Made by a program: the position numbers and the translations under genes. A stretch of DNA of 64,000 bases from Eledone cirrhosa. Lineage: Eukaryota. The notes beneath the pieces were generated by a model that saw only the letters and a program-made list of their open reading frames with translations, did no database searches and was not told the DNA's origin. The stretch lies in the NCBI GenBank assembly GCA_964016885.1, contig OZ024742.1:141670001-141734000 (forward strand), in the 5' to 3' direction. Below, in pieces: positions 44,091 through 56,736 of this stretch; position 1 is the first letter of the stretch, and every line of letters begins with the position of its first letter.

Positions 44091-47000
44091 ATGGCCGTAT
44101 TAAGAGTAGGATGTTTAAATGTTCGAGGCCTGCGATCGTCCTGGAAGCAAGGTCACCTGCTCAACGACCTCAGGTCTATAGAAATGGATGTAATTGCAGT
44201 CAGCGAGACCAGGATTTCCGACACGCGCGCACTAGCCCCCATTTTCGACGACTATCAGATCTTTGCATCTGTTAGCCGGCCGGGAATGGGAGGCGGGGTG
44301 GAAGTGCTGTTTAGGAAAGGCCTGGACCTCAAGGTAAGGTCGATCTTCCGGGACCCGGACGGGAAGTTGGTGGTCCTGGACGTGAACAATAATGAAGGTG
44401 GTGCTTTTAGACTGGTGGCCGTCTATGCTCCTACTGGGGAAGGACGGCCGGACTTCATTAGACGCCTGGAAGCCTTTCTGGGTACGTCTCGCCTTTTACT
44501 GTTAACGGGGGACTGGAACGGCATCTTAGACGCACGCTGGGACTGTGTGGGAGTATCCGATAGGAGCGGGGGTGCAAAAGCCTCAAGAACCTGATCAGCC
44601 AGTTCCAACTGTCTGACAGGTACCGACTAGATTTCCCTAATGCGCCAGTGTAGACCTACTAACCGCATAGGGTAATCTAGATCGTATATAGACAGGATAT
44701 TCATTAGGAAAATAGACAGAAATAGTGTAAGCTGTCCACGTTTTGAAACGCTCGCCTATTCAGATCACAAGTTTGTGATCTGTATGGTCGACCTAGATAA
44801 GACGCGTAGGTTAGGACCTGGTTACTGGAAGCTAAACATGTCATTTCCGGCACGTAAGGCTTACAGGGACCAGGTCAACAATTTAGTTAAGAAAAAGTTG
44901 ACAGGGGGAATCGTCAACAATAGATGGTGGAGGGCTCTCAAAAGAGAGATTAGAGTTTAGCAAAGAAGTAGCATTAGAGAAAAATAGAAAGGAGGGGGAG
45001 TTGGTAGATAAGTTAGACGAGGCATTGCAACTGATGTGCTAGCGGCGAGAATGGCATTAGACCATTTCTTCAATGCGAAACACGAAGGTTGCATTGTCAG
45101 AGCTAAGGCGCGTGCTCTGAGAAACGAGGGAACCAAAGCTGTTCGATGGGCCCGCGTGGCAGAGGCGCAGCGTGGTAATAAAACCACGATTCGGTCTTTG
45201 ACGGACCGAGACGGGCACGAGCTGAGCGATTCCAAGAGGATGTGTGAGGCCTTTCGCCAACATTTTGCTCGGTTGTTCGGGGGAAGTGGCGGGTCAGAGA
45301 TGGTGGCGGACTTCAGTCCCTACCTCGATGGCTTGCCGCAACTCTCGACGGCTGACACTGCGAAAGGCCAATTACTTCAGCCGAGATTCAGGATGCCCTT
45401 GTAGGCTGCATGAGGCGCAAGTCACCCGGTTTGGATGGTCTGCCCTACGAGCTTTATGTAAATATGCCAGACTTGTTCTCCAATCTCCTCGAAGCCCTCT
45501 ACTGCAACTGGCAGAAAAACGGGAGTATTCCCAGTTCTGTGAGCCGGGGCGTAGTGAAGCTGATAAGGAAAGACGAGAACGAGAGGGACACATTAGACAA
45601 TTTCAGGCCCATAATTCTGCTCAACACAGAGTTTAAGATTTTGGCCAGGGTGTTAGCGAAGAGGTTGGCGCTTGTCGTCGGGAATTTGGTTGGGGAGGAG
45701 CAAACTTGCACAATCCCAACCAGGTCCATACACGACAACCTCCACCTAATGCGATACATCATAGAGAGGGTAGGGTGTAAACCTGGCTTCGGTGGGGCTC
45801 TGATCAATTTAGATCAATCGAAAGCATTCGATAGGGTCGACCATCGGTACCTGGAGGCTGTCCTCAAGGCGGCTGGCTTCGGCCCCGTCTTCAGAAGCTG
45901 GATCGCTGCAATGCACAGCGGCACCTGCTCGATGGTCAAAATTAATGGCCACCTCTCGGAACCGTTTCAGGTCTCCCGATCGGTCCGTCAAGGGTGCCCT
46001 CTCTCCCCCCTTCTGTACGTATTGACTCTCGAGCCTTTACTGCGGAAGCTGGAGCTGTTGCAGGGCATCCCGCTCGAACCGGGACGCGGAAAGGCCGTGT
46101 CGGCTTATGCGGACGACATCACCGTGATGGTGTCGGACACCTCAGAAATCGAGGTGCTCGGCAATATAATGGAGGAATATGAAAGGTTGACGGGAGCAAA
46201 ACTTAACCCGGAAAAGTCAGTAGGCTTGCAACTCGGCACCAGGAGAGGCAAGTCCATGCCGTCCAACAGCGTCGTTAGGCGCTGGACGGACGGACCGGTA
46301 AAGTTGCTAGCGGTTTGGTTCGGGCCAGACCTCCAGGTGGATAAGAATTGGGACGATGTGACGGGCAGGGTAGTCAGTCTCACCCAGAAATGGGCTGGGA
46401 TGAAGCTATCACTGAAAGGTCGGGCGGAGGTGGAGGACGCCTACATCGCGTCCGTCATCTACTACCGTCTGACTGTCGTCCCTTTCCCCCGTTCGTGCCT
46501 CGCCATCTTGGAGCGGCTCCTCTTCAAATTCTTGTGGAGGGGTCAGGTTCCGCTGGTGAGGCGGTCCATCTGCTGCCAGCACCCTCTACGTGGAGGGCTA
46601 GCATGCCGTGGCTAATGATGCGCAGGCACGCGCTGAGGCTGCGGCATCTCCAGATATTCTGCCTAAACGGTGAACAGGTGTGGTCGTCGTTTGTCAGACG
46701 GGCCTTTCCGCAGCTCGTTTCTTTGACTGAGTTGCAGTCCTGGGTCAAGAAGAGACCGAGACTGGGTGACTGGCATCTGGAATGTTGCCAGGCACTCACT
46801 GCCCTCTGCCAGGCGGGCAATACGGTCAGTGGAACTTCCACTCTCGAGTTCTATAGAGGATTAGTGGTGGGCAAGTGCGACGATGCACTCGGAGAGGCTC
46901 TGGGCGTCAACGAAGTCGAACTAACCAGTCTGTACCGGAGGACTTTCGAGCCGGGGACGATGGATAATTTCCAAAAATCCCTCGCTTGGCAGTGTTACCG

Positions 47001-47480
47001 GGGGGCACTGCCGGTTCGAGATAAACTCTACAGGCACGGAAGTGCTGTCAGACGGACCTGCCCGAGATGCGCGCAGAGCGACGAAACCGTTCTGCATGCA
47101 CCGTCCAGTGTCCGTGTATTACTGACTTGTGGAGTTATGTCGAACAGCTGTTGTCGCGTGTAGAACGGATCCAGCTATCGGCCGAGTCCATAGTGAAGAT
47201 CGACCCGCCGCCTTCTTTTGGCCAGGAAGGGCAGGCAATGTTCCTCTGTCTAGTGGCAGTAGCGAAAGAGGTTGTATGGTGGACGAGGTTGAAAGGACTG
47301 AAGACAGACACTTTTCTCTTCGGCCAATCCCTCATCAACTTTTTCAAGTTTCACTTGGAAAGGAAGGTGAGGGTGGAGAGAGAAGTGCTGCCCCCCACCC
47401 CCCAGTACATTTGCTGAAAGGTGGGTGAATGTGGTGAGAATGGCCCGTGTGAGTGGGCCTACTCTGGTCATGCGGCTGTA
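44091..47480 (+). pseudogene. LINE ORF2 (APE endonuclease + reverse transcriptase + zinc finger), disrupted
   Basis: LNVRGL, SET, VYAP, GDWN, SDHK (APE). KSPGLDG, NFRPIILLN, LDQSKAFDRV, RQGCPLSP, AYADD (RT). CPRC...ETVLH (zinc finger). Confidence 0.92.
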
Positions 47481-47787
47481 GGTAGGTAAATTTGAAGAGG
47501 AGAGGGGTGCCCTTCCAGGGTGCTCTCGAAGCGTCGGGTCGTTCAGGACTGGTGGGGTACCTGAGCGAACCCTAGGTGGTCATCCCCCCTATTGGGGAAT
47601 TTTTTTCTTGTAATTTTCTTGTTACTTTACTGTTACTTTGTTATTGTTACTTTGTTTATTCATATTGTTTACTCGATTTTTCTGTAAAACCCCACTGTCC
47701 CAGTCTTTTGTGTTGTCCCCTATATGTCGGCCCTTGTGGCCAATAAATGAAATCATTATTATTGTTATCATATTTATTATTATCATT

Positions 47788-47790
47788 AGT

Positions 47791-47831
<41 letters not shown>

Positions 47832-48004
47832 TAGTAGTAGTAGTTGTTGTTGTAGTAGTATTAGTAGTAGTAATAGTAGTTGTTGTAGTAGTAGTAGTAG
47901 CTGTAGTAGTAGTAGTAGTAGTAGGAGTAGTAGTAGTAGTTGTTGTTGTAGTAGTATTAGTATTAGTAGTAGTAATAGTAGTTGTTGTAGTAGTAGTAGT
48001 AGCT

Positions 48005-48036
<32 letters not shown>
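47788..48036. repeat. (AGC)/(AGT)n compound microsatellite
   Basis: Direct reading. Confidence 0.95.
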
Positions 48037-48037
<1 letters not shown>

Positions 48038-49324
48038 ATGTTAAGAAGGATAATGTTGCTGATGCTGTTTTGACGACACTAATATCCTGTAGCCAATCGT
48101 CCATTATTGTTAAAAAACCGAATTAACAGCTATTTACTTTAGACCAGATGTGCTTTCATCTGTATGAATCTATGAGAATTTACTTGGTAACGTAATATCC
48201 CCAACAAGCTTTCGTCGCCAACAGATGTCTGGCTTTTAGCTCTTCACTTCCGGAGTACAATTTTCACTAAAACGATGCTTTTAAAAGACTTTAAGAAAAG
48301 AAAAGAAAAACTGAAATGATATTACGCAATTTTTCATTTCCTTTATCTCCTTTTCGTCTTCTAGTGTCCCACCTTTGAATAGTTTCATTATTTTTTAACA
48401 CTTTATTTATCTTATTTAGTTTTTCCTGTCAAATGTATTTCTTTTCGTCTTACTACACTATGCCAACAACACTCTCCTTCTTACATTATCTTTTCATTCA
48501 TTCTCTTCTTTTATTGACGTCGAATTGACAATGGTTAGAGAGTAGGACATCATATCTTGCTGTATTTGGTATAATGTTGCTGTATTTGGTATAATGTATT
48601 TGGTATAATGTTTATTTAACAGCGAATTAGCAAAGTCTCTGTGCTATGAGTTCAAATCTCTCCCAGGTCAACTCAATCTTTTAATAAAGTACCAGTTCGA
48701 TGCAGTAAATTAGAGGTATTGTGAGATATATTGCAGTATTAGTTCCTTTCTTAGCGTTATGAGCTCAAATTCCACCCTGGCCTACTTGTATAATAGCTGT
48801 AATCCATCACCTGTTTAAACTCCACCCCATAACAAGAGACACTGACAAGAGTCATGGGCACATCCCTTCCCTCTCTGACTAACGAGTAAAAAATAATAAC
48901 AGCAATGAAACTCCAACAAGTCTCCAGTTTCAGGAAAACTTCCTCATTCTCCCAACGGTATTTAGTCTCAGAGACTCTGAAAAAAGTTATGGATACTGCT
49001 TTTCTATCACCCACTAAACAGTAAACAATAAAATCATCAACAGACACGAAACAGCATATTCTTATTGTTAACAGTTTTGTGTCATCAGAAATCTGTGCAT
49101 CATCACTATTTCGCAAACTCACTATCAACGAAACAATCTTTATAGTTTCATTACACTTTCGTTGTGAGGTCACTTCCATTATTTTGTTACTATTTTGAAT
49201 GGCCTGATTTTATCACTGTCTCAACATTTATGTCCAAACATTATTCTTGTTGTCAGTGATGTTCATACATAAATACATACACACACATACATACATATTT
49301 ACATACATATTTACATACATATAG

Positions 49325-49365
<41 letters not shown>

Positions 49366-49394
49366 AAATTTGTGGTCTTGTTTTGCTTAACTAA

Positions 49395-49435
<41 letters not shown>

Positions 49436-49493
49436 ATATATTTGTGTGTGTGTATTTGTATATATATATATATGTATCTATGTATATATACAT

Positions 49494-49528
<35 letters not shown>

Positions 49529-49579
49529 GAATAAGGAAAAGCGAAGTAGTTTCAGATGTTCAAGTCCTTTAATAATAAT

Positions 49580-49644
49580 GCTGTGATATATATTTCACTG
49601 GCGACACTGTTCTGTGTGCGAGTGTCGTGACATCATCAGACAGC
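49580..49644 (-). ncRNA. Type I hammerhead ribozyme (left-arm copy)
   Basis: Minus strand reads gctgt-CTGATGA-..cgacact(loop)agtgtcg..-GAA-atatatat-C-acagc. Confidence 0.75.
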
Positions 49645-51212
49645 TTGTTACATAATAAGGTTATGTTTCCGAGGCAATCCAAATTGAATCGACAAGGGAA
49701 CGGATGAAATGCGTGCTTTTGGGTCTCTCATCCGTTACCCTGTGAGTACCAATTCACCCCCACCGGTCTGCGCATGCGCATGTCCGAAGGAAGTTGACCA
49801 TTAGCTATCGCAGATTTCAACGAAATTCGCTTAGTCAGGTCACCCTCTCAGCCACACAATGGCTCGTACCACAGTTTACTGCTACCCATCCCGACTGTGG
49901 CAGTCAGCCGAAAGCCAGAGGGGATGGGATAGTGTTAGTTCCTACAGGTCATAATACTACCTCTCACCTAGCGTGGACAGTACGACTGACCATCAACTCA
50001 AAGGGAAAATAAACTTAATTCTAGGTATCATGGTTTTACATTGTATGTTAAGAGTGAGAGTTGGAAATAAAAATTAAAGTCCTAAATCAAATATTATAAA
50101 TTATAAATTAAACAATTAAAAAATTAACAATTAGAAATTAAAAGTTAAACAGTTTTTTCAGGTGAGAATTCGGATTGAGGTGAGTAAAAAAAATATAGAT
50201 TGAAGTGAGTAAATAATATGGAGATAGATGTTTAAGTAAGAAGTTCTGAGAGGGGTTCTAGTGTCACAGTTACTCTATCCACATATTGAACGACAGTGCC
50301 GTGCATTAGAACGGTGGGTAAACTACAGTATTCAAGGCATTGGTCAATCTGGTACACAGTCATAATTTCCATCACATGGAACAATATCAAAGAAAAACAG
50401 ACATAAAGTACACAAAAGAAAAGAAAAGAACCAATAATGAATAAATGCAAAAACACAGAGTACATATATGCAAAATGATCCATATGATTGTCAATCTGTC
50501 AATGTATAGATTGAATTGAGGGGGCTTCTGTTCAAATGCGATTTGGTGCAGGGAAATAGGGGTTTATCTTATTTTTTGTTTCCGCGTATTTATCCTGCCG
50601 AAAGTTACTATTATGTCCGTCCAGTTTCAAGGGTTTCCATTATTATTTACTCACTTCAATCTATATTTTTTTACTCACCTCAATCCGAATTCTCACTTTA
50701 AAAAATTATTTAACTTTTAATTTCTAATTGATAATTTTTTATTGTTTAATTTATAATTTATAATATTTGATTTAGGACTTTAATTTTTATTTCCAACTCT
50801 CACTCTTAACTTACAATGTAAAACCATGATACCTAGGATTAAGTTTATTTTCCCTTTGAGTTGATGGTCAGTCGTACTGTCCACGCTAGGTGAGAGGTAG
50901 TATTATGACCTGTAGGAACTAACACTATCCCATCCCCTCTGGCTTTCGGCTGACTGCCACAGTCGGGATGGGTAGCAGTAAACTGTGGTACGAGCCATTG
51001 TGTGGCTGAGAGGGTGACCTGACTAAGCGAATTTCGTTGAAATCTGCGATAGCTAATGGTCAACTTCCTTCCGACATGCGCATGCGCAGACCGGTGGGGG
51101 TGAATTGGTACTCACAGGGGAACGGGTGAGAGACCCAAAAGCACGCATTTCATCCGTTCCCATGTCGATTCAATTTGGATTGCCTCGGAAACATAACCTT
51201 ATTATGTAACAA

Positions 51213-51286
51213 GCTGTCTGATGATGTCACGACACTCGCACACAGAACAGTGTCGCCAGTGTCGCCATTGAAATATATATCACAGC
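51213..51286 (+). ncRNA. Type I hammerhead ribozyme (right-arm copy, 9-nt duplication in stem II)
   Basis: gctgt-CTGATGA-tgtcacgacact...agtgtcgccagtgtcgccatt-GAA-atatatat-C-acagc. Confidence 0.75.
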
Positions 51287-51409
51287 ATTATTATTAAAGG
51301 ACTTGAACATCTGAAACTACTTCGCTTTTCCTTATTCGATATTTACTCCGTCACTCCTATGTGGAAAAAGTACGTTGAGTGCTTGAATTGAATTGCATCA
51401 ATATTTACC

Positions 51410-51489
<80 letters not shown>

Positions 51490-51833
51490 TGAATGTATGT
51501 ATAGTATATTTGGCAATATACCGTATGTTTAATTAAAAACATTTTGAAGACCTTGCGCTATTGTTTTTAAAGTAGTGACTATGTCACTTCTTTTTTCGGC
51601 AAAGAATCCAGCCTCTAGAATTTTCGGCAAAGTACGTTACTCTGAGGAACACCAACAGTGTGAAACAGAATCTGTCAGCTTCTCTCCCTTCCTTTGCCGA
51701 AAAAAAAAGTAAGTGACATAGTTGAAAAACAATAGCGCAAGGTCTTCAAAATGTTTTTAATTAAACATACGGTATATTGCCAAATATACTATACATACAT
51801 TCATGTATACATCGCTATTTCAGAGCACCATTC

Positions 51834-51836
<3 letters not shown>
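51490..51836. mobile_element. Fold-back (arms 51490-51604 and 51692-51803) with hammerhead in the spacer
   Basis: The arms are reverse complements and the element is flanked by (TA)n. Confidence 0.85.
51639..51679 (+). ncRNA. Hammerhead ribozyme with weak stem I
   Basis: ct-CTGAGGA-acac(caaca)gtgt-GAA-acag(aat)ctgt-C-ag. Confidence 0.7.
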
Positions 51837-51867
<31 letters not shown>

Positions 51868-51869
<2 letters not shown>

Positions 51870-52196
51870 AAAGTTTCATTTAAAATTGTTGGGATACAAC
51901 AAGTAAATATTTTATAACTGATATAAAGCACTCGACGAGTTTTTGGAGTAGATATACGATATTAAATAAATGGAAACTATATTTATAAAACCATATTTAT
52001 TTCAATATATAAACAGTTTCAATATATAAACAATTTCAATATATAAACAATTTCAATATATAAACAGTTTTATAAAACTGTTTATATATTGTATTTTATC
52101 TGACGAAGGCATGCCATATTTTAATTTGGTATCCCTGAAATATGTATAATGAAATAAATATGGTTTTATAAATATAGTTTCCATTTATTTAATATC
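51868..52196. mobile_element. Rearranged fold-back with hammerhead at 52092-52156(+) and 17-bp tandem repeats
   Basis: tattttat-CTGACGA-aggcatgcca...tggtatccct-GAA-atatgtat-A-atgaaata, plus aatatataaacaRtttc x3-4. Confidence 0.8.
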
Positions 52197-52444
52197 ATAT
52201 ATATATATATATAAGTGGTTATACAACATGTGTGATGTGACCGAGTTTCTGCGCATGCGCGTTCGTACAGTTGTCCTTCCTGTTCCTATAACCATACACA
52301 TCCCGAGCTGAAGATTCGGTAAGGTGAAACAATTGTTCTCGGTATGGTGAACTAACTGTTGTGTAACCACTTCTACCTTGGATTGAGTGTTCTACCACTA
52401 CGGATATTACCTTCCAGTGTTCCACCACTATATATATATATATG

Positions 52445-52888
52445 TAGAAGTTATATTTAATTTGTTGGGATACAACAAGCAAATATTTTTAAAACTGATA
52501 TAAAGCACTCGACAAATTTTTGGAGTAAAAATACAATATATTAACAAATGGAAACTATATTTATAAAACCATATATATTTCATTATACATATTTCAAGGA
52601 CACCAAAGCAAATTATAGTGCGCTTTCATCAGATAAAATATAATATAGATCAGTTTTATAAACAAATATTGACATACCCTTAAAGAATGCGACCATGTCG
52701 GTTGGAAGCTCCCGGAACTTCCAACCGACATGGTCGCATTCTTTAAGGGTATGTCAATATTTGTTTATAAAACTGATCTATATTATATTTTATCTAATGA
52801 AAGCGCACCATCATTTGCTTTGGTGTCCTTGAAATATGTATAATGAAATATATATGGTTTTATAAATATAGTTTCCATTTGTTAATAT

Positions 52889-52894
<6 letters not shown>
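52445..52894. mobile_element. Fold-back (arms 52531-52708 and 52718-52894) with hammerheads at 52576-52640(-, intact core) and ~52786-52850(+, CTAATGA)
   Basis: Same family as 51868-52196 and distantly similar to 25551/63047. Confidence 0.88.
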
Positions 52895-52943
<49 letters not shown>

Positions 52944-53128
52944 TAAAACAACAACAGGAGGCCGGCGGACTGGATATTTACTTTAGAGTTTCAATTCCGC
53001 GAAAGCGCTATTATATATATTTATATTTCGATGACCCAGCCTTATCATCTGATCCTGATACAAGACTTAAACGAATTAGACAACGAACACAAATAGTGAA
53101 TAGAAAATAGAGGACCGATTCGATTCGG

Positions 53129-53161
<33 letters not shown>

Positions 53162-53215
53162 GTGGGAAAGTAAGAAATCGGAGAATAGACCGTTAAAACA
53201 TGTTTATTTAAAACA

Positions 53216-53255
53216 GCACCTACGTACGTTTCGCCCAGTTGGGCTTCTCAAGGGC
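53216..53255 (-). ncRNA. Hammerhead ribozyme with U3-A8 variant core
   Basis: Minus strand reads cc-TTGAGAA-gccc(aact)gggc-GAA-acgtacgt-A-gg. Confidence 0.7.
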
Positions 53256-53437
53256 ATAAATAATCAAAAGTGTTCCTTACATAGCTCGGAAAGAGTTTTG
53301 GGGGTTAAATCCACGTCAAGGTTCATTGCAAAAATAGCTTGTTTTGATTTTGCAGCACCTTTGGCATACGCTACTTGACAAATAACTATATGTATCACCT
53401 ATCCTCCCCTTTTTTTCTCTCTCTCGATACGTAAATA

Positions 53438-53496
<59 letters not shown>

Positions 53497-53629
53497 CCCC
53501 GATTCAACCCGGGATAAACATATATATATATATTTTTATTCTTTTACTTGTTCCAGCCATCCGACTGAGGCCATGTATCCATATATATATATATATATAT
53601 ACACATACCCCCGATTGAACCTGGGATAA

Positions 53630-53722
<93 letters not shown>

Positions 53723-53798
53723 TTAAGTACATTACAATTCTATATAGGAGTCCAGAAATGTGAGAAGAATATTTACGCAAGAGAGAGAGAGAGGGAGG

Positions 53799-53852
<54 letters not shown>

Positions 53853-54106
53853 TAGAGATAGATAGAGAGAGAGAGAGAGGGAGAGAGATAGAGAGAGAGA
53901 GATAGAGATAGAGAGATCAATGAAAGTGAAAGAAATTATGAGAGAGATAGAGAGAGAGTTGGATATGCATAAATCATAAAGATGTACGCAACAAATATTT
54001 ATATATAATTTATATATAAACTTTTATAAAAATCATTACGTAGCAGTATTCTAACACACGCATATGTACATGTATGAATGTGCATTATCACATATATATA
54101 TATATG

Positions 54107-54167
<61 letters not shown>

Positions 54168-54244
54168 CTGTAATTATACATTAGTGAAAACGAGTGCATT
54201 TTGTATGATTCAATAAACACATACGTCCAGCGTCCACATACTCC

Positions 54245-54980
54245 CTCCACAGCACTAATATCAAGAAGTCTTCTTGTGAACGTGACCTGGGCATTACGGT
54301 CAGCAGCGATTTGCGTTGGACGAGGCACGTCTCTAAAATTGTCAAGAGGGCCGAGGGTGTCTTAGCATCACTCAGCAAGACCTTTGTCAGCCGCTCTCCA
54401 GATATCTATTTAAGGCTGTACATGGCTATGGTGCGACCACACCAGTCTGGAACCCCTATCTTGCTCATTGACCGCCTGGAAACTGTTCAGAGACGTGCAA
54501 CCAAGCGAATACCCTCCATCAGGCATCTACCATACTCTGAGCGCCTTGCTTCCCTGGGCATGGATACATTGAAGCTCCGACGCCTGGCAACTGACTTGGT
54601 AAACACCCACAAAATTGTTAACCATGTTGCCAACAACAACCCTGAGTACCTTTTTGATTTCCACGTGTCTAACACACGTGGACATGCCCACAAAGTAAGA
54701 AAACAGCACAGTTCCCATGACTTTCGGAAACATTTTTTCACGCTCAGAGTTGCTGAAGCATGGAACAAACTGCCTGCATCAGTTGTTAGCTGTCGAGACA
54801 CTGCATCCTTTAAGGCCTCCATGCTTCCCGAGATCCGCCAACACTACAGCTAACACATACACACATGTACTTCCCTGACATTTGTGTATTTGTGTATTAT
54901 TCTATGTACTATACATACACATTTGACGAGTTGTAGTGCACCTGAGCACTTTACACAATAATTTTATTATTATTATTATT
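54245..54980 (+). mobile_element. 5'-truncated CR1-clade LINE 3' end with (ATT)n tail
   Basis: LETVQRRATKRIPSIRHLPYSERLASLG...RRLATDL...NTRGH...FFTLRVAEAWNKLP. Confidence 0.9.
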
Positions 54981-56584
54981 ATACGCTTGTTGGATATAAA
55001 CTTTTATCCTTCTTTTATAACAAATGCATTATCTATTTCTAAGAAATTGTTGCAGATGATTATCGAATTTCAAAAATAGTATATCATATATAATATTTAG
55101 AAAGTGCTAGTTAATGTCTCACTTTAAAGGGGAAAATGGGAGAATATGACGAGGTTTATCGACTCCGGAAAGTCTGAAGGGCTAAGTGACGGGATTTGAA
55201 CTTAGAACGTAAAGAGCCGTAACAAATACCACAAAGTGTTTCTTTGATGCTCTAACAATTCTGTCAATCCACCGCTACTTACAGCAATAACTAAATAAAG
55301 GAAATATTGTTCACGTATAGCAAGTTGTTTTGGCTGATGTTCCAACGTCACCATCACTACTACTACGCTCTTATATGGAGTGGCAGAAATCATCCGTTTC
55401 AGGTATGAACACAGCAGATTTATTCCTGAGAAGGATAGAATGATGAGAGAGATTAAGTGAGAAAGAGACATAGAGGAAGAATCAACCCCAATATAGACTA
55501 GTACTTTTTCAGCGACCTCGAAAGGATGAAAAGGCAAAGTTGACCTCGGCAGGATTTGAACTCAAAGAGTCGCCTTATATGAGTAATTTACAACACATTT
55601 AAGTACATTAATCGCTAGTAGGCCAATACTAACTAAAGGATAAAAATCTCCCAAATTGAAAACTAATGGTTGGAGAAAACATCAGCAAAATTAATGCGAA
55701 TAAGTTAAGGATAAAATGTCTCTGAGGAAAGTGAAAGTACTCTAAAATCTCCTCTTGCTGTTTGTGCGTATCTTTATCTTTCTATGCCATGAGATGTTTC
55801 CCTTTCCTATTTCGCGGTCGATACTATAAAGTACAGGTCCTGTATGGAAGACAATATAGGGGTCTTTTACCTCCCCTCTCAATAAACAACCTTGAATAAG
55901 AAATCAATAGCAATATTTCCTTTAATATGTTCTATTACTTCTATATCATTTCTGAAATAATTTCATATGAGAAGGAATAATTTTAGAAATGTGTTCATGA
56001 TACAAACATATGTGAACATTTTCTTTTACTGCGTTTCTTTGATCTGTACCTGGGAGAATATAACTATATATCATATCTCAAGTCAAAGTAAAAACTTAAA
56101 TGCTGTCGCTCTATCTATTAGAAATACCAGCCAAATCTACCTTAAATTCCTATTTATGCATCTATGTCTAATTTGGAAGAGAACATAACCATAGCCTGTT
56201 GTGTGTGGCTCTTTTATAATTTAGAATTAAGAGTATTAATCATAGATGCTGTGTAATACTGACAAAGAAATACAAACCACATTATTTCGGTCGACAATCC
56301 AATACCGTGATAACCTCCGTAAAAATAAAACGACACTCTTATTGAAAGGTCGACACATTAAGATGAAATTCGGTAATGTTTTGGAGTAGTGTATTATGTA
56401 CGCGTTAAAAAATAAGGATATTATAGCTTCAAATATGACACACTATCCAATTTAGAACCTTGTTCTTATGTAAAGAGCACTTCAGAAGCCGATACTCTGA
56501 TACCATTTTTCTCAAAAGTCTCTAAAAGCTGTTATCTAGAAATTCAGAAACTGAGTTTACTATAATGTCTTATGTTAGTTATAC

Positions 56585-56670
<86 letters not shown>

Positions 56671-56703
56671 TGTATGTATGCATATATATGTGTGTATGTA
56701 TGT

Positions 56704-56736
<33 letters not shown>

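Larger units (their letters stand above)
41892..47752 (+). mobile_element. Near full-length decayed L1/Tx1-clade LINE flanked by (ATT)n
   Basis: ORF1 with CCHC knuckle, ORF2 with APE, RT and C-terminal Cys motif, and aataaa at the 3' end. Confidence 0.93.
49529..51412. mobile_element. Large fold-back element: ~690-bp arms (49529-50218 and 50640-51337), ~420-bp spacer, 3' tail, (TA)n flanks
   Basis: The identical ORFs 49794-50012(+) and 50845-51063(-) confirm the inversion. Each arm carries a hammerhead. Confidence 0.93.

Noticed and set aside
49794-51063. Two identical 72-aa ORFs (and similar paired ORFs at 13345/13563)
   Set aside because: They are by-products of the inverted duplication, with non-ATG starts and no recognisable domain.
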